NCBI RefSeq assembly: GCF_009914755.1
Contig: NC_060938.1
Source of the DNA: the human T2T-CHM13v2.0 reference genome, Homo sapiens
Length of the DNA: 64,000 nucleotides
Reading direction: 5' to 3' (one strand)
A program made the position numbers and the translations under genes. Shown piece after piece: positions 12,533 through 25,100 of the stretch. The number at the start of each line of letters is the position of its first letter. Position 1 is the first letter of the stretch. Under the pieces are notes generated by a model that was given only the letters and a program-made list of their open reading frames with translations, was not told the origin of the DNA and searched no databases.

Positions 12533-13374
12533 CCTGTATTGCCCAATTCTCTGTTCCATCTGCTTCACTTCTATCCCAAAGCTCAAAAAGCAGCTGATTC
12601 TGAAAAGACAGATACCAGATCTCCTGTTGGTTTAAGGCTTACCCCGTGTGACTGGCAGGTTGGCCTGGCTGGTTCAGGTTCAGACATGAAAACTGACATT
12701 CCTCCATGCAGATGCCCTGTCCTAGCATAGACTCACTTCCTTAGTGTCTGCAGGGTCCTTATGTCACCCACAGTGGAGTTGACAGAACAGTATTTCATAA
12801 TGAGGCCTGTTCTGGAAAGATAACTCTAAATGAGAATCTGAGGGCCAAAACAGATCTTCATTATTCCAAATTCTGTGCTAAAGCAGATTGCATTGTAGCT
12901 GGCCTTTGATGTGTTCTCAGAGTCTAATAATAACTTAAAAATGAAGACAAGCATCTGTCTAGAAAAACTTTTAAAGGGTTGTATTTAAAATGCTTTGCAA
13001 TGGCAAATTAACAGAGTTGTAATTTAAGTTTTCTTCTTCCTTCCTGCAGGAATGAATCGTAAGGTTCAGGAATGCATTTTTTAATATTTTGACAGAAACC
13101 TACATGTTTTAATCTTTTAAAGTATGTAATTATAGGACATGGGCCTGGTACAAGTGTGCTCCACGTGGGTGGTAGAATAATATGCCCTTTAAAAAATGAA
13201 TTAGAATAGATTTTGGATAAAAATGATAAACACTAGATCACATCTTATTAGCAAAGAAAATGTCACAGTTTCATAAAAGTAAATTTGCTAAATAAAAATA
13301 GTAATTAATAGTTGAATTAATGACTAGATACCATTGAGAGTGTACTCAATATCCTAAAATTTTAATTTTAGGAT

Positions 13375-13592
13375 GTGAACCCCAATGCAGATTTTGAGTT
13401 TTGGGTGATTATGATGTGTCAATGTACGTTCCTCAATTGTAATAAATGTATCACTCTGGTGGGGGATTTGATAATGGAGGAGGCTACCCATATGCGGGGA
13501 CAGGAGGTTCTATGGGAAATCTCTGCACCTTCCACTCAATTTTATTGTGAACTTAAAACTACCCTAAAAATAAAGTTTATTTAAAAAAAATT
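13375..13592 (+). mobile_element. L1MC-type 3' end
   Basis: gtgaaccccaatg...tgggtgattatgatgtgtcaatgta...ggaaatctctgcaccttcc...aaaataaagtttatt. Confidence 0.8.
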
Positions 13593-13769
13593 AAAAAGCG
13601 ATCTGATGAAATAATCTTAATTGTTATGGAAACCATAATTTTAAAAATAATGTAAGTTTACATTTAGAATATCAGGAACATAAGGCAATTCATCCACCTC
13701 AAGGTCAATGTATCTGCTCAGCAGGTACTAAGTGATTCTATAGGTGGGCCATTTCCACAATGCTTTCTG

Positions 13770-13935
13770 TATTCTAAACACTGCATGAGGACCTCCTGCC
13801 CACTTTTTCATTGATTCCTCACAAGAACCTCAGGAAATAGGTCCTGCATTTATTATCAACTTATAAATAGGAAAACAGTGAGGTTCAGAGAGGTTCATTA
13901 AATACTCAGAAGTCACACAGATAGTTGTTGTCAGA
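13770..13935 (-). mobile_element. MIR
   Basis: ttcctcacaagaacctc...gaaaacagtgaggttcagagaggtt...gtcacacag. Confidence 0.7.
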
Positions 13936-14397
13936 GGGATAAAAATAGACTTTGCACATGTCTGAGTAGCTAATTCTTCTGCTTGGTTTTTTTTTTTTTT
14001 TGGAGTGGATAAATAAGGTTGTAAGAAAGAATACCTTTCTACCCAAATATGCTTTACTCTTTACTCTCCTGAAAAAAAGTGAAATGTAAATACAGCCTTT
14101 GAAGCTAGTTTTGAAAGTAACTAAAAATTGTAATGCCAGATGAGATAATTAGACTATGAAGTAAACTCTAACGGGGTTAGGAGAGATGTACAAGAATGCA
14201 CCCGTCAGTTTTCTTGCTGCTGGTGAAGACCTAAGCACTCTCTTCTTCTGGGTAAGTTTTAGGGCTTATCCAATTTCATGCCAAAGTGGGTAGAAGCAGA
14301 AGAATATTCTAAGCACGGAGAAACATCTAAACAAAGTACAGATGCATGAGCCTGTGTATTCAGGGCACTGCAAATTATTGTTCAAAATAAATTTTTA

Positions 14398-14718
14398 GGC
14401 TGGGCGCGGTAGCTCACGCCTGTCATCCCAGCACTTTCGGAGGGTAAGGCGGGTGGATCACCTGAGGTCAGGAGTTCCAGACCAGCCTGGCTAACATGGC
14501 GAAACCCTGTCTCTACTAAAAATACAAATATTAGCTTGGTGTGGTGGCGGTGCCTGTAATCCCAGCTACTCAGGAGGCTGAGGCAGGAGAATCACTTGAA
14601 CCCAGGAGGCAGAGTTTCCAGTGAGCCAAGATTGTACCACTGCACCACTGCACTCCAGCCTGGGCGACAGAGTAACGCTCTTTCTCAAACATATATAAAT
14701 ATAATAAAAATAAATAAA
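14398..14718 (+). mobile_element. AluS
   Basis: Complete dimer; small internal duplication accactgc-accactgc. Confidence 0.97.
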
Positions 14719-15299
14719 TGTTTAACTATCATCTTGAAAGCTTCTGATTTGGAGTTTTTACTGCAATTACAATTATTCACAGATAGTTCTTATAAAAGTT
14801 CATTTCATGAGTTTCTGAGTTTAGTGTAACTTAGTTTGATAACATCAGGAGAAAAGAATGGTATCCTCTAGGAGTTTACAATCAGAAGAGAAGAAAGAAA
14901 TATTATGTCAATGTGAACCAAGAAAGACAAATGTTTTGAATGTCTGAGTCAGTTTACACATTACAGCAAAATGTGGCATTTGCAGGAAAATCTTTGGGGG
15001 AAAAAAAAGAAAAACCACAACAATCTAAATTATCTTCTCCATTTCCCAAGGCATCTGGGCCAAGTTTTGTATTTGATGAAAATAAGTCCAATTCTGTAAC
15101 TTCTGCTTTTGGGAGAATAGGCTGAGAAGCATGTAAAAAAAAAAAAAGAAAAGAAAAGAAAAAAAGAGAAAAGCAAAGTCTTGTTCTTCTTACTTCTCCT
15201 CTTCCCTCTGTTCTTTCTCTCCCACCATCCCCTTCTTTGTGTTTTTTAACAACCAGAATTAAACATTACTTAATCCCATCTGGGAGCCATAGTCATTTT

Positions 15300-15700
15300 T
15301 CAAAATCAATTTTTAAAGACATTGTTGTCATATGTTTACCGTCCAGGTGTCTACTTTCTCAAGGTAACAAAAAGGTTCACAAAGATTCTTATCTCAAACC
15401 GATAAACAGATGCAAACAGAGCCGGGACTATCTGGGCTACCACAAGGCCTGTTTGACTAATTGCCCTGATAGATCCTTCTCCTGATGCCTAATGTTGTTA
15501 TTGCACCCAGCATAGCTGAGATAGCACATGTTTAACCCCTGACCCTCCAGCTGCCTGGACCATGCCGCTCTGGAACTAACTATTCTCCATCATCACTTCC
15601 TCCTCATGGCAGACAGAGAGAGAGAGATCTGTTTCTAAGCAAATAGCAAAGGCTCTGACCCCGTCATGAGTCACCAGTCTGTCTACCCACTTCCAAGATT
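15300..15700. promoter_or_regulatory. Candidate enhancer (FOX plus AP-1 motif cluster)
   Basis: Non-repeat sequence with TGTTTAC 15333, TGTTTGAC 15450, AAGCAAATA 15637, TGACCC 15656, TGAGTCA 15667; motifs only. Confidence 0.3.
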
Positions 15701-16388
15701 CCCCTTTATGTATTTATTCAGCTTGTCAGAGTTCCTGGCCAAAAGGATAGTGATTTTTGAGTTAAATGGGATTCATGCTAACTCTGGGAACAGTAATTTC
15801 ATAAATCTGAGATGTGTTAAATGGCCTCTATAAGCTTCGTATGAAACAATCCATCTCATTCTATCCTTTTTTAAGGTAACTTTTTATTCAATAAAAATGA
15901 TAAAATAGCAAAAGACACAGAATAAATAAAAGGCAAATATTCCAGGGCCATTTATTACCATGTAGGGAAATACCTAATTATTCTGTGCCTTAGGGCACTG
16001 ATTTATAATTACTATAAGACAGGCTAAATACTATTAGTAACAGCAGAAGTGAGAAGTAAGTGTATTTTATCTAAGATAGTTCATCTTTCTCTTATAGCAT
16101 GTTTCATAAGTCTTATTCACAGGACTTAACACTGGTCAAATTTTAACACATACTGCCAACACATGGAAATTCAGCTTCTGATCATCCTGGGTAAGTTTTG
16201 CTGTGCAAAAATTTTACATTATACCACATTGCAGAAACATTAAGCAGTAATAGCACAATAGTAAGCAACAGTTCTTATGACCATTTGGGTTAATTAATGA
16301 AATTACATTGTCTGTATGAAAAGGCAGAAAATAAATGGAGAAACAGAAAGGTGTAATCTTTATGGAGTATATTTGAAAGTCTGTTCTT

Positions 16389-16668
16389 TTTTTAATATCT
16401 GAAAAACTTAAGCAGACATGAAATATTATAGGCTATAATGCTGGGGAGAATAGTCCATTCAGATATACATTGCATTTTAGTTTTCACCAAACCATTTAAC
16501 ATAGAATCAAAACACTGTGGCTAAATTATAAAATTGCTTCTATCTTTCTAACACTTTGTTTAATCTGGTCTAAAAACTAAAATGCAATGTATATCTGAAT
16601 GGACTATTCTCCCCAGCATTATAGCCTATAATATTTCATGTCTGCTTAAGTTTTTCAGATATTAAAAA
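16389..16668. repeat. Perfect inverted repeat: 96-bp arms (16389-16484, 16573-16668), 88-bp spacer
   Basis: Arms compared base by base; exact reverse complements. Confidence 0.97.
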
Positions 16669-17409
16669 CTTGTTTTGTGAAATCAATTCCTGAATGCTAA
16701 TGTTATTATCAATCATCATAATCCTTCTCTCATAATAAATTCTTGATACTTTCCTCTGTCCATTAAGGAAGCAGAATCGTAAAATATTGAGTGCATTGAC
16801 AAGGTATTGTAGATTACTGAGAACAGCAACAATAACAAGATAAATACTCAAAGTTTTTGTGTCTTTGGAAGTACTTTAAAGGGAATGTAATACAGAAGGA
16901 GTCCTTGACATCAGAAGATGGTCTGGGTTTAGCTTCATCTACATAGCTGCAAGCCCGAATCTCAGTTTTCTTTCAAATGGGGTTAATGAAACCTTTCTAA
17001 CCATCTTCTGAAGTCTAAATGATGTAAACTGCCCAGCACAGTGACTAAAATTTTTAAAAAGCAAAGGCTAGATCCATTCAAAGTCCCTTCTTGCCTTTGC
17101 TTGTAAAACTGACTAAAGATTCCACCTTAGTCCAATTTACCTTCAAGCTACTTTGAGAATAATTTAAACTAACTCACACAAGTTTTGGAAAGCTTGATTC
17201 ATTGGGAGGTAGCTTATCTTCTAAAAATAAAAATTTTAAAAACTAATGTTAAACATTAACAGGTACGGCTCAACTAAAAGATAGAAAGAAATTTAGGTGA
17301 ATTTCTAGAAGAAATAAATTCATTTATTAGAAAATTTTTGGGGGGATGCCAAACAGCAGAATCATATGGGGTAAGGCTCTGAGGATAAGGATGTTACAGG
17401 ACAGAAATT

Positions 17410-17595
17410 AACAACATGGGCTCTGAGATGGAGCGATCCTGGGCTTCACTCAGCAGAAACTTTAGACTTAGTTCTCTCTTTTGTAAAATGGGATAATAAT
17501 ACTTGTTTCATAAAATTATTTCCTATGATCAAATGAGATAAGGTGAGTAAAGTACTTACCGCAGCAGAGGAGACAGATTTAATAAATGCTATTTT
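17410..17595 (+). mobile_element. MIR
   Basis: catgggctctgag...tgtaaaatgggataataatac...aaatgagataag. Confidence 0.7.
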
Positions 17596-18060
17596 AGTGT
17601 AAGTAGTATTAATATTAATTAATTATGGTGTGAGATGATTCTGAAGTTATTGAGAATGCCACGATGCTTTAAGAGTGTTGGGGTGCTCACATTCCCACGG
17701 ATCTAAATCTGTGTCCATAATCATCTCTTAAATATTAATTCATGATGACAGAAATATCTTTCTCAACTTCACCTTTCTTCATTTCCTAGTAACTCTCCAA
17801 CCAGTGGCATCCATTCAAGTTAATGTCAATATAGCATCCCATGTTAGGGTGAGCTCCAGAATGTTAGGCTAACAAGAAAATTCTCCTTTTTTAAAATGAT
17901 TTATATACTCAAAGCCTAAAATTAATCATGTCTCCAAACATTTGTATCTGATAGTGCAGAACATTCGGCAAATAATTTACCAGATTTTCAATGAATGCAA
18001 ACAAAGTTTGACAAATACGGGGAAAAGTGGACCAAGAATTTTTCTACACCTGGTATCTAC

Positions 18061-18115
<55 letters not shown>
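18061..18115. repeat. (CTAT)13 tetranucleotide STR (GATA type)
   Basis: direct reading. Confidence 0.97.
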
Positions 18116-19810
18116 GGTATCTATCTGTCTTTCTATATATATGATGTAGTATTTTTAAATAAGTTCGCAAATAAAAGACTTGTGACATGTAGTATCCAGT
18201 TTTATTTGCAATAAAATGAACTATTTAGCTATGTAATACATCTAACTAAATGACACTCCCATTTTCCTGCCAAATTATGTACAGAGACATGATAAGAAAA
18301 CTACTTTTTCATGTAGTAACAACCAATAGTCGTATTGCTCAAGAACAACTACAGCACTGGGCTCAAAGGTTTAACATCCTAGCAATGATATTTTTAAATC
18401 ATACCTTGTTTAAACAAATGTAAGTAATTGGATTTTCTTCTATATTAAAAAATGTTCCAGATAAATGCTATAAATCTGAAAGCAGAAAAGTAGGGAAGAA
18501 ATAGTAATTTATATGCCACAATGGAGTGTTTCACAATTTTTGTTTAACAACACATATTTTATCCTGCTTACACCTTGATCTATAGGACCCCACTGATTAC
18601 AAGGCTGTAAATTGTATGAAGAGCTCTGCAGAAAATCATAAAAGGGCAGCAAGGGGACCTTATATCATGAAGTCACTTGGTCCCTAAGACTCAACCAGGA
18701 CTTTGATATTTAGTTTAAACACAACCATATATTCTTATTAATAATGAATAGAGCCACTTCTTTCAATTTCATAAGCCCAGTGCACCAAAGCTGGTGAAAT
18801 TTCTATTACCCATGACCTGGATATTAATCCTACAATTAAAAAAAAAAAAAAAAAAGCCTCCGTTTTTCAAATGTTGACTTAATGCTGAAACAATGAGAAA
18901 CAACTTTCCCAGAAATTTTGGCACGTTGAACAGAGAAATAAGGGTGACCATTCTTTGTTCACTGGGAGAGCTATTAAAAATGCTTTTGCACAGGAAATAC
19001 TTTTTTTCTCCCCAGGAATTAGGGGATATCTTCAGGAAACTCAGCAGATTAATCACATGAGCCCTGGCTCAACTTTATTTAAAAGTAAAGCATAAGCCTT
19101 AACGCTTATCCCAAAATGCAAAATCCCTCTTTTGGTATTTCAGTATTTCATGTTGTTGCTATTTCTTGTCTGAATATTTTTCTATTGTCTCAGAAACTGA
19201 TCACAAAGGTTTTTGTTTTTTCCTTTTTTAAAAATTATTTTTTGTTTTTAGTAGTTGGATAAGGGAGAGATAAGAGAAGAATCTTTGTTAAACTTGCCTG
19301 GATTTTTAACATGAAACAGCAAGATTAAAAGCAGTATTATCTGAATTCATAAAGTGAAATATAGGCCTAGGCACGGAAGTTTTCAGAACTTTGAATTTCA
19401 ACTGACTTAATGACTTTGTACCAGCTGTTTTCTAATATGTTTTTAATCAGAAAACTTAATTCAAAGAAACAGGTACTTCCTCATTTTTTGTTGGGGAAGG
19501 GAATATTCTGCCTTTTGGTGTTATAGACTTTCCACGTAAGTCTGGAACATTGTCTACGTTTTCTAAAAGTTCTTCTAAGAAATTGTATTTCCTTGCACTT
19601 CTAATGGAGAAGTTATAGCTTATATCCATGTTGCCAAACTCAAGGCTATTCCCTTTGGCTGAGTCTTAGAATAATCACAAGTACAAAAGTACATATTGCA
19701 CAATCACCGCTCTAAGCCTAGGACTAAACACTCAGGATAGTGGTCAAGGTCGAGGGGAAGGCCATGGAAACAGAAGATCTTGACTCTGCTTTTAAACAGC
19801 ACATGTTGGG

Positions 19811-20111
19811 GGCCGGGCACGGTGGCTCGCGCCTGTAATCCCAGCACTTTGGGAGGCCGAGGCGGGCGGATCACGAGATCAGGAGATCGAGACCATTCTG
19901 GCTAACACGGTGAAACCCCGTCTCTACTAAAAATACAAAAAATTAGCCGGGCGAGGTGGCGGGCGCCTGTAGTCCCAGCTACTCGGGAGGCTGAGGCAAG
20001 AGAATGGCGTGAACCCCAGGGAGCAGAGCCTGCAGTGAGCCGAGATCGCGCCACTGCACTCCAGCCTGGGCGACAGCAAGACTCCGTCTCAAAAAAATAA
20101 AAAATAAAAAA
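19811..20111 (+). mobile_element. AluY (AluYe-like)
   Basis: CpG-rich; gggcgaggtggcg and gaaccccagggagcagagcctgcag variants; 15-bp TSD taaacagcacatgtt (19793-19807, 20112-20126). Confidence 0.95.
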
Positions 20112-20609
20112 TAAACAGCACATGTTCTGATTGGGAAACTAGAAGTGGTGTTCACTAAATAAGAACCTGTTTCTGAAGCCATATGTCAGTGCAGATTGAG
20201 GCTATGTTGCAGACACAGAAGGTAAAGAGTAGAGGGAGAGTTGGATTTATGAGACAGGATGATCTCCTGAAAGATGTTTGGCTGAGACAGATCTAAATGG
20301 AAGCATGGACAATAAGCAGGATGTAATGGGAGGTACAGGGATGGGTCAATGGATATGGATGCTGAGTTTACAAAGGCTAGAACTCTCTCCTCCTACCCTA
20401 GTTCTCTACATTTTTCCACCCATCCCCAATGCTTCCGGTAGCATTCAGGAAAATGCATGGGAAAAAGTGGTCCAAGGGTACATTTGCATTTATACATGCA
20501 ACTTTCCAGGCCATCAACTTGAGCACAAAAGTCAAGAGTATATATTTAAATAACTGATGGCACATAACTTTATTTCTGGTCTACCTCATAGGTGGGGATT
20601 ACCCCCATG

Positions 20610-20755
20610 ATAGTAATCTCTCTGAATCTCAGTTTCCTTACCTGTGAAATAGGGATATTGACGATGGAGTTGGGAAGATTAATTTCTTTAATGTATACAA
20701 AGCATTCAGTCCAGTGCCTGGCACCAAAAAAGCACTCAGTACTTGCTTGCTGTCA
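20610..20755 (+). mobile_element. MIR
   Basis: tctctctgaatctcagtttccttacctgtgaaataggg...cagtgcctggcac. Confidence 0.75.
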
Positions 20756-22041
20756 ATATAATACTTACGAAGTTTATTCCCCAAAACAGAGATGCCTTGG
20801 GCAGCCTATGTCACGATTTGTAGTATTTTACCTTCAATTTTTTCTACACCATGAACAGAGTGAATGGAGAGCAGGAATGAAGCATTTACTTATAAAAAGA
20901 AGATATATTAATTTATATACATTTATGTAATTTGGGATGTGATGTCTAAGGACTGAAATTCTGTATTTTATCCCTCCACCCACCTTCTCCCCGGGTTATA
21001 ATTACAATGATAAATTGTAATAAGACCACGAGGTCCTATTGAATCTTTGGTGGGTGACTCTGTTCCTTGATAATTTGTGCGCCTGTGAGAAAGGTGAAAA
21101 TCTGAAATCACTCAAGAGTCTCAAAAATTGCTCAAAATATTGTGCTAAGAACAAACAGATATCAGGGATAACCATGAAATATTTTATCAGCCAAGACAGT
21201 TTCCTTCTAACAAAGAGCAAATGTGGTATATAAAAGGTAACCATGGTGAATAAACGTTAACTCCCCACCCTTATTTTAGGCTTTGTTCTATTGCAAATGA
21301 AAAACTTGAAATTTAACACTATCTAATGCAATTTTAAGAGAATCTGTCACAAATATTGAGATCCCAATGGCAGTCTTTTAACACATTGGACATGATAATA
21401 ATAAAAACATTGTGTTTAACTGTTTCAACCTCCTATGGTCTTAGCCTGCAATACCTATTTCCCAAAAGCTTACTTCTTAGCCACCTTGGATCCTACAAGC
21501 ACTGGCCCAAATTGAGCAACTTGAAAGATAGCATTTCAAATACAATGCCCTCAATATATTTGTCTTCATGGGCAATTTGTAACAAATCTGGAATGGCTAT
21601 ATTCTGCCAAATGAAACACTGTAAAAGATGATTAAAAAAAATTTACCAACAGGTTGTAGTCAAGAGACTATTAAGAGTTTCTACTTCTGCTAGTCAAAAG
21701 AAATTACCTGCAGTCCTTTGAGCCATATAATTCCAGAAAGGTCAGGCGCTCTGTCTCTAAGAAAGCTGGCTGGTGCCGAGGAAATGATAACCCACTGGGA
21801 GAACATGGAGGAGAAAATTTTCAAAGCACTCAGCCACCTTCTGCTGCAAGATTTCCCATTAGCAGGACCTGGTTGTTTCGATACCAGATTTACATTCCCC
21901 AGGAGGAATGCAAAACAAATTTGGAATATGAGGGTTCCTGCTCCCCAGAAACTAAATTTGCTTTTAAGTGGAAAGAGTAAGAAGTGACCAGGTGGTTCTC
22001 TTATTTTCTAAGCCAAGCAAGTACATTTTTCAAAAAATCAT

Positions 22042-22045
<4 letters not shown>

Positions 22046-22097
<52 letters not shown>

Positions 22098-22154
22098 TGT
22101 GTATATATATGTGTATGTGTATATATATATGTATGTGTATATATATATATATAT
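22046..22154. repeat. (TA)n / (TATG)n microsatellite
   Basis: direct reading. Confidence 0.97.
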
Positions 22155-25100
22155 GTAAAGGGAAATCAGGAAAGCAAATTTAAGATTTGGGAAAAAATTA
22201 GACTTACAAAAGGGATGTTTAATGACACCTTTTGAAGAAAATTTTTTTACTAGCTAATTAGTAATTACAAATGCCTTTGCATATTTTCACTTGAATCAGG
22301 AAAGACGAAAATGGCCATTCTCTGAACACTTGCTGCTGTTTCAATTCACAGGACAGAAATTAATTATGCTGTGAATGGAGAGAGTAGAGAGTATATAATA
22401 GTATTTTTTAAGCATAGGTCAACAGCCTGGTTCTGATTCATGGCTAAATTTTAAGCCACCTATGGCCAAATGAGAAAAATTAAAATAATGTTCATAAATA
22501 AAGCTAACTATTTAATCCAAAGAACCATCATTATGTATTTCCTATCTTTAAGAAATATTGATGATGGTAAATGTTATTTTTACTCCTAATGTCTTTAATG
22601 AATAAATTTGAAGTGAGCCACTATATGTTAATCTGTAAGCCTATTTTTTCTTATTGACAAAATTTAAAAGTCAGAAACCTTCCAGTATATACTGCAGGCA
22701 TCGAGCTCATAATCATTTAGAATGGCTTCATTCACCAGGAAATGAGCTTTATCTTGCCTACATTTGGGATGAAAACATAGTAAGTACACTCATATATGTT
22801 CTCCATTGTGTGTTTTGAGAGGCAGAAATCATTATCTGCATATGTACAAACGTAGATTCCTGTATGACATTCTGACCTACCACAACTTTGAAATTTTGAG
22901 ATATTTCCAATAACCACTGAATCCAAGGGCCATTTTCTCTTTGGATCACCTTTTCTCCAAGGATGATTTGGCAGATGCTCTGTCATGAAGAGGCTCTCTA
23001 AGAACTATTATTTCCAGATTCATACAATCCAAAAACAAACAAACAAACAAACAACAAAAACCCCTAGCACAGAGAGACTGTGGCCCCAGAACCCAGTAGA
23101 GATGAGAGCCCTGCTTTAACAAGGAACTAGAAAGTGCCTCCAGGCGACCCATGCTATCAATAGATGCATCATCAGCCTGACACCTAGAAGTGTGGGAAGA
23201 GTCGGCAAAAGGGTTGTAGATTGGAAATAAAATGTCATGGACTGACAGGCTTAAAACCTGATTGTCTGGTGTTACAGTCACAATTCACAATAATGTGAAA
23301 ATGACCAAAGCCTGGAAGAGAATTTGTCTAGTTATCGTGTGTATAAGCAAATGCAAGGGGCTGCATGATAGAAACTGCCAGATTCAAAGGCATCATATTC
23401 CTTTGCAGCTGGCCAAAGAGGAGAATGAGAAAACTGTTTGTAGTACTCAGCCTGGGTGTGTAGTTTCTTGCCCTTTCCTGCTAGCTTCTGGACTTTTCTA
23501 TCGGATTCGTGGATAAGACAGCACAAACTGGGTAGATGGAATTTAGAACTTGATGGTTTTAAGTCCCAAGAGATGACAAGAGAAGTGGCTGACAACTGGG
23601 TTAACACCCTGCAGCATCTGGTAGGAGTTAGGCTACTGTCACCCATTTATCATTACTTCCATCTCCAATGATAGAGAGCACCCTTTGTTGAGTCATTTGC
23701 ACCCAGAGATAAGTGAGGATGCTCCTCCCATACATCTTACAATTATGGACAGTTCCCAGAAAATATAAGATAATATAAGAAATGTGCCTAACTGCCAGCA
23801 TAGTAGGAGTTTTGCATCAAGAGTCATATATTAGTCGCTCTGCTGCACATCTAAAACTCTATGTTGAAAACATCAACCCCTGTAGTAGGGAAAGTGGCAA
23901 GATCTCCTTTGATTTATATCTATGCATTAGGTTTTAATTTTCCAAATGATAAAGGAGGGGCCAGTGATTTTGAGTTATATAGTTTTCCCTAGTATGATCC
24001 TATAAAAGAAAATAATCTGTATTCTAAGGATGAATCTATAAATTCAAAAGTTTGTCTTTTTTCTCACGCTGTTCCTTCAAGGTTCTGGCCTTAAAAATAA
24101 GAGCATACTAAGGGAAATTTCTCATCTGTCTGACACCCAGAGCTTCCACACTGTTGACATTGGCTATGGCAGTAGTGAAATTTGGGGACAGAATTCTGGG
24201 GCTTGTCCTCACTCATCAGGAATGTCACATGTCTGTGCGTCTGCTGTTGTTTGAACCATGAAATAAAAGGTGTAGGCACAAAGCCATGCCATTCGATGAG
24301 GATGGAATAGTCTAGATTATCAGCCCAATTCTGACTTGCTGAATCGTGTGACTACTAGAAGTTGCTTCATGTCTATGGATTCTCAAAATAGGACATTGTC
24401 ATAAATATTGTCAAGTACTTTCCAGCACTGAATCTCTGCCATGCTATGTAACCTCAAACCTATTCACTATTACCCGTTCTTTCTCCTTTGAGATGAGGGG
24501 CAGGATGGTCACTAGAGGCTTTTCCAAGTGTGAGATTTCATCCTTTCTGATGTCTCATCCAGCCAGATACGTTGGGTATTTATGGTATAAAACTTAGTTT
24601 CACATGGATTATTTCCCCGTAAGAGTTATTATTAGCCCCATATTATAGATTTTTTAATTCCAAAGCTGAGAGAAGCTAAGGGATCGGCTTTGAGATCCCG
24701 TCTTAGCCAGAAAGGCTGAGTTGGGATTTTAACTCGGCATAAAATAACTTCAAATCCAAGACTCAACCTACCTCGGTGAAGCCACCTTAACTCTCTCTCA
24801 TGAATGTTCTTAAGGATTTGATCTTCAGGCCTCTTTTTTCCTTTCAACCTCTGGGAGGGCCTGTGGCCTACCTCACTCAGGAGAGAAGTAGACCAGCCAT
24901 CTCAACCTTTGCAGTTCTTACCTCAGATCTGATCTTCATCAAAACCCTCTTACATGATAGCAAGGTAGTTCTAAGTTGTCTTGGGAGCTGGGGAACAAAG
25001 CAGGCAGATGGCAAGGCGCTGCAGTGTTGGCCATTCCTGAAAACTCAGGACTAAGTTTATTCTTGAGTTTCTGGAGAAACTCTGGAGATAGTATAAACTT

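Noticed and set aside
16389-16668. Inverted repeat as a MITE (MADE1/Tigger) or pre-miRNA
   Set aside because: No match to TIRs I know and no TSD. A perfect 96-bp stem with an 88-nt loop is unlike a canonical pre-miRNA.
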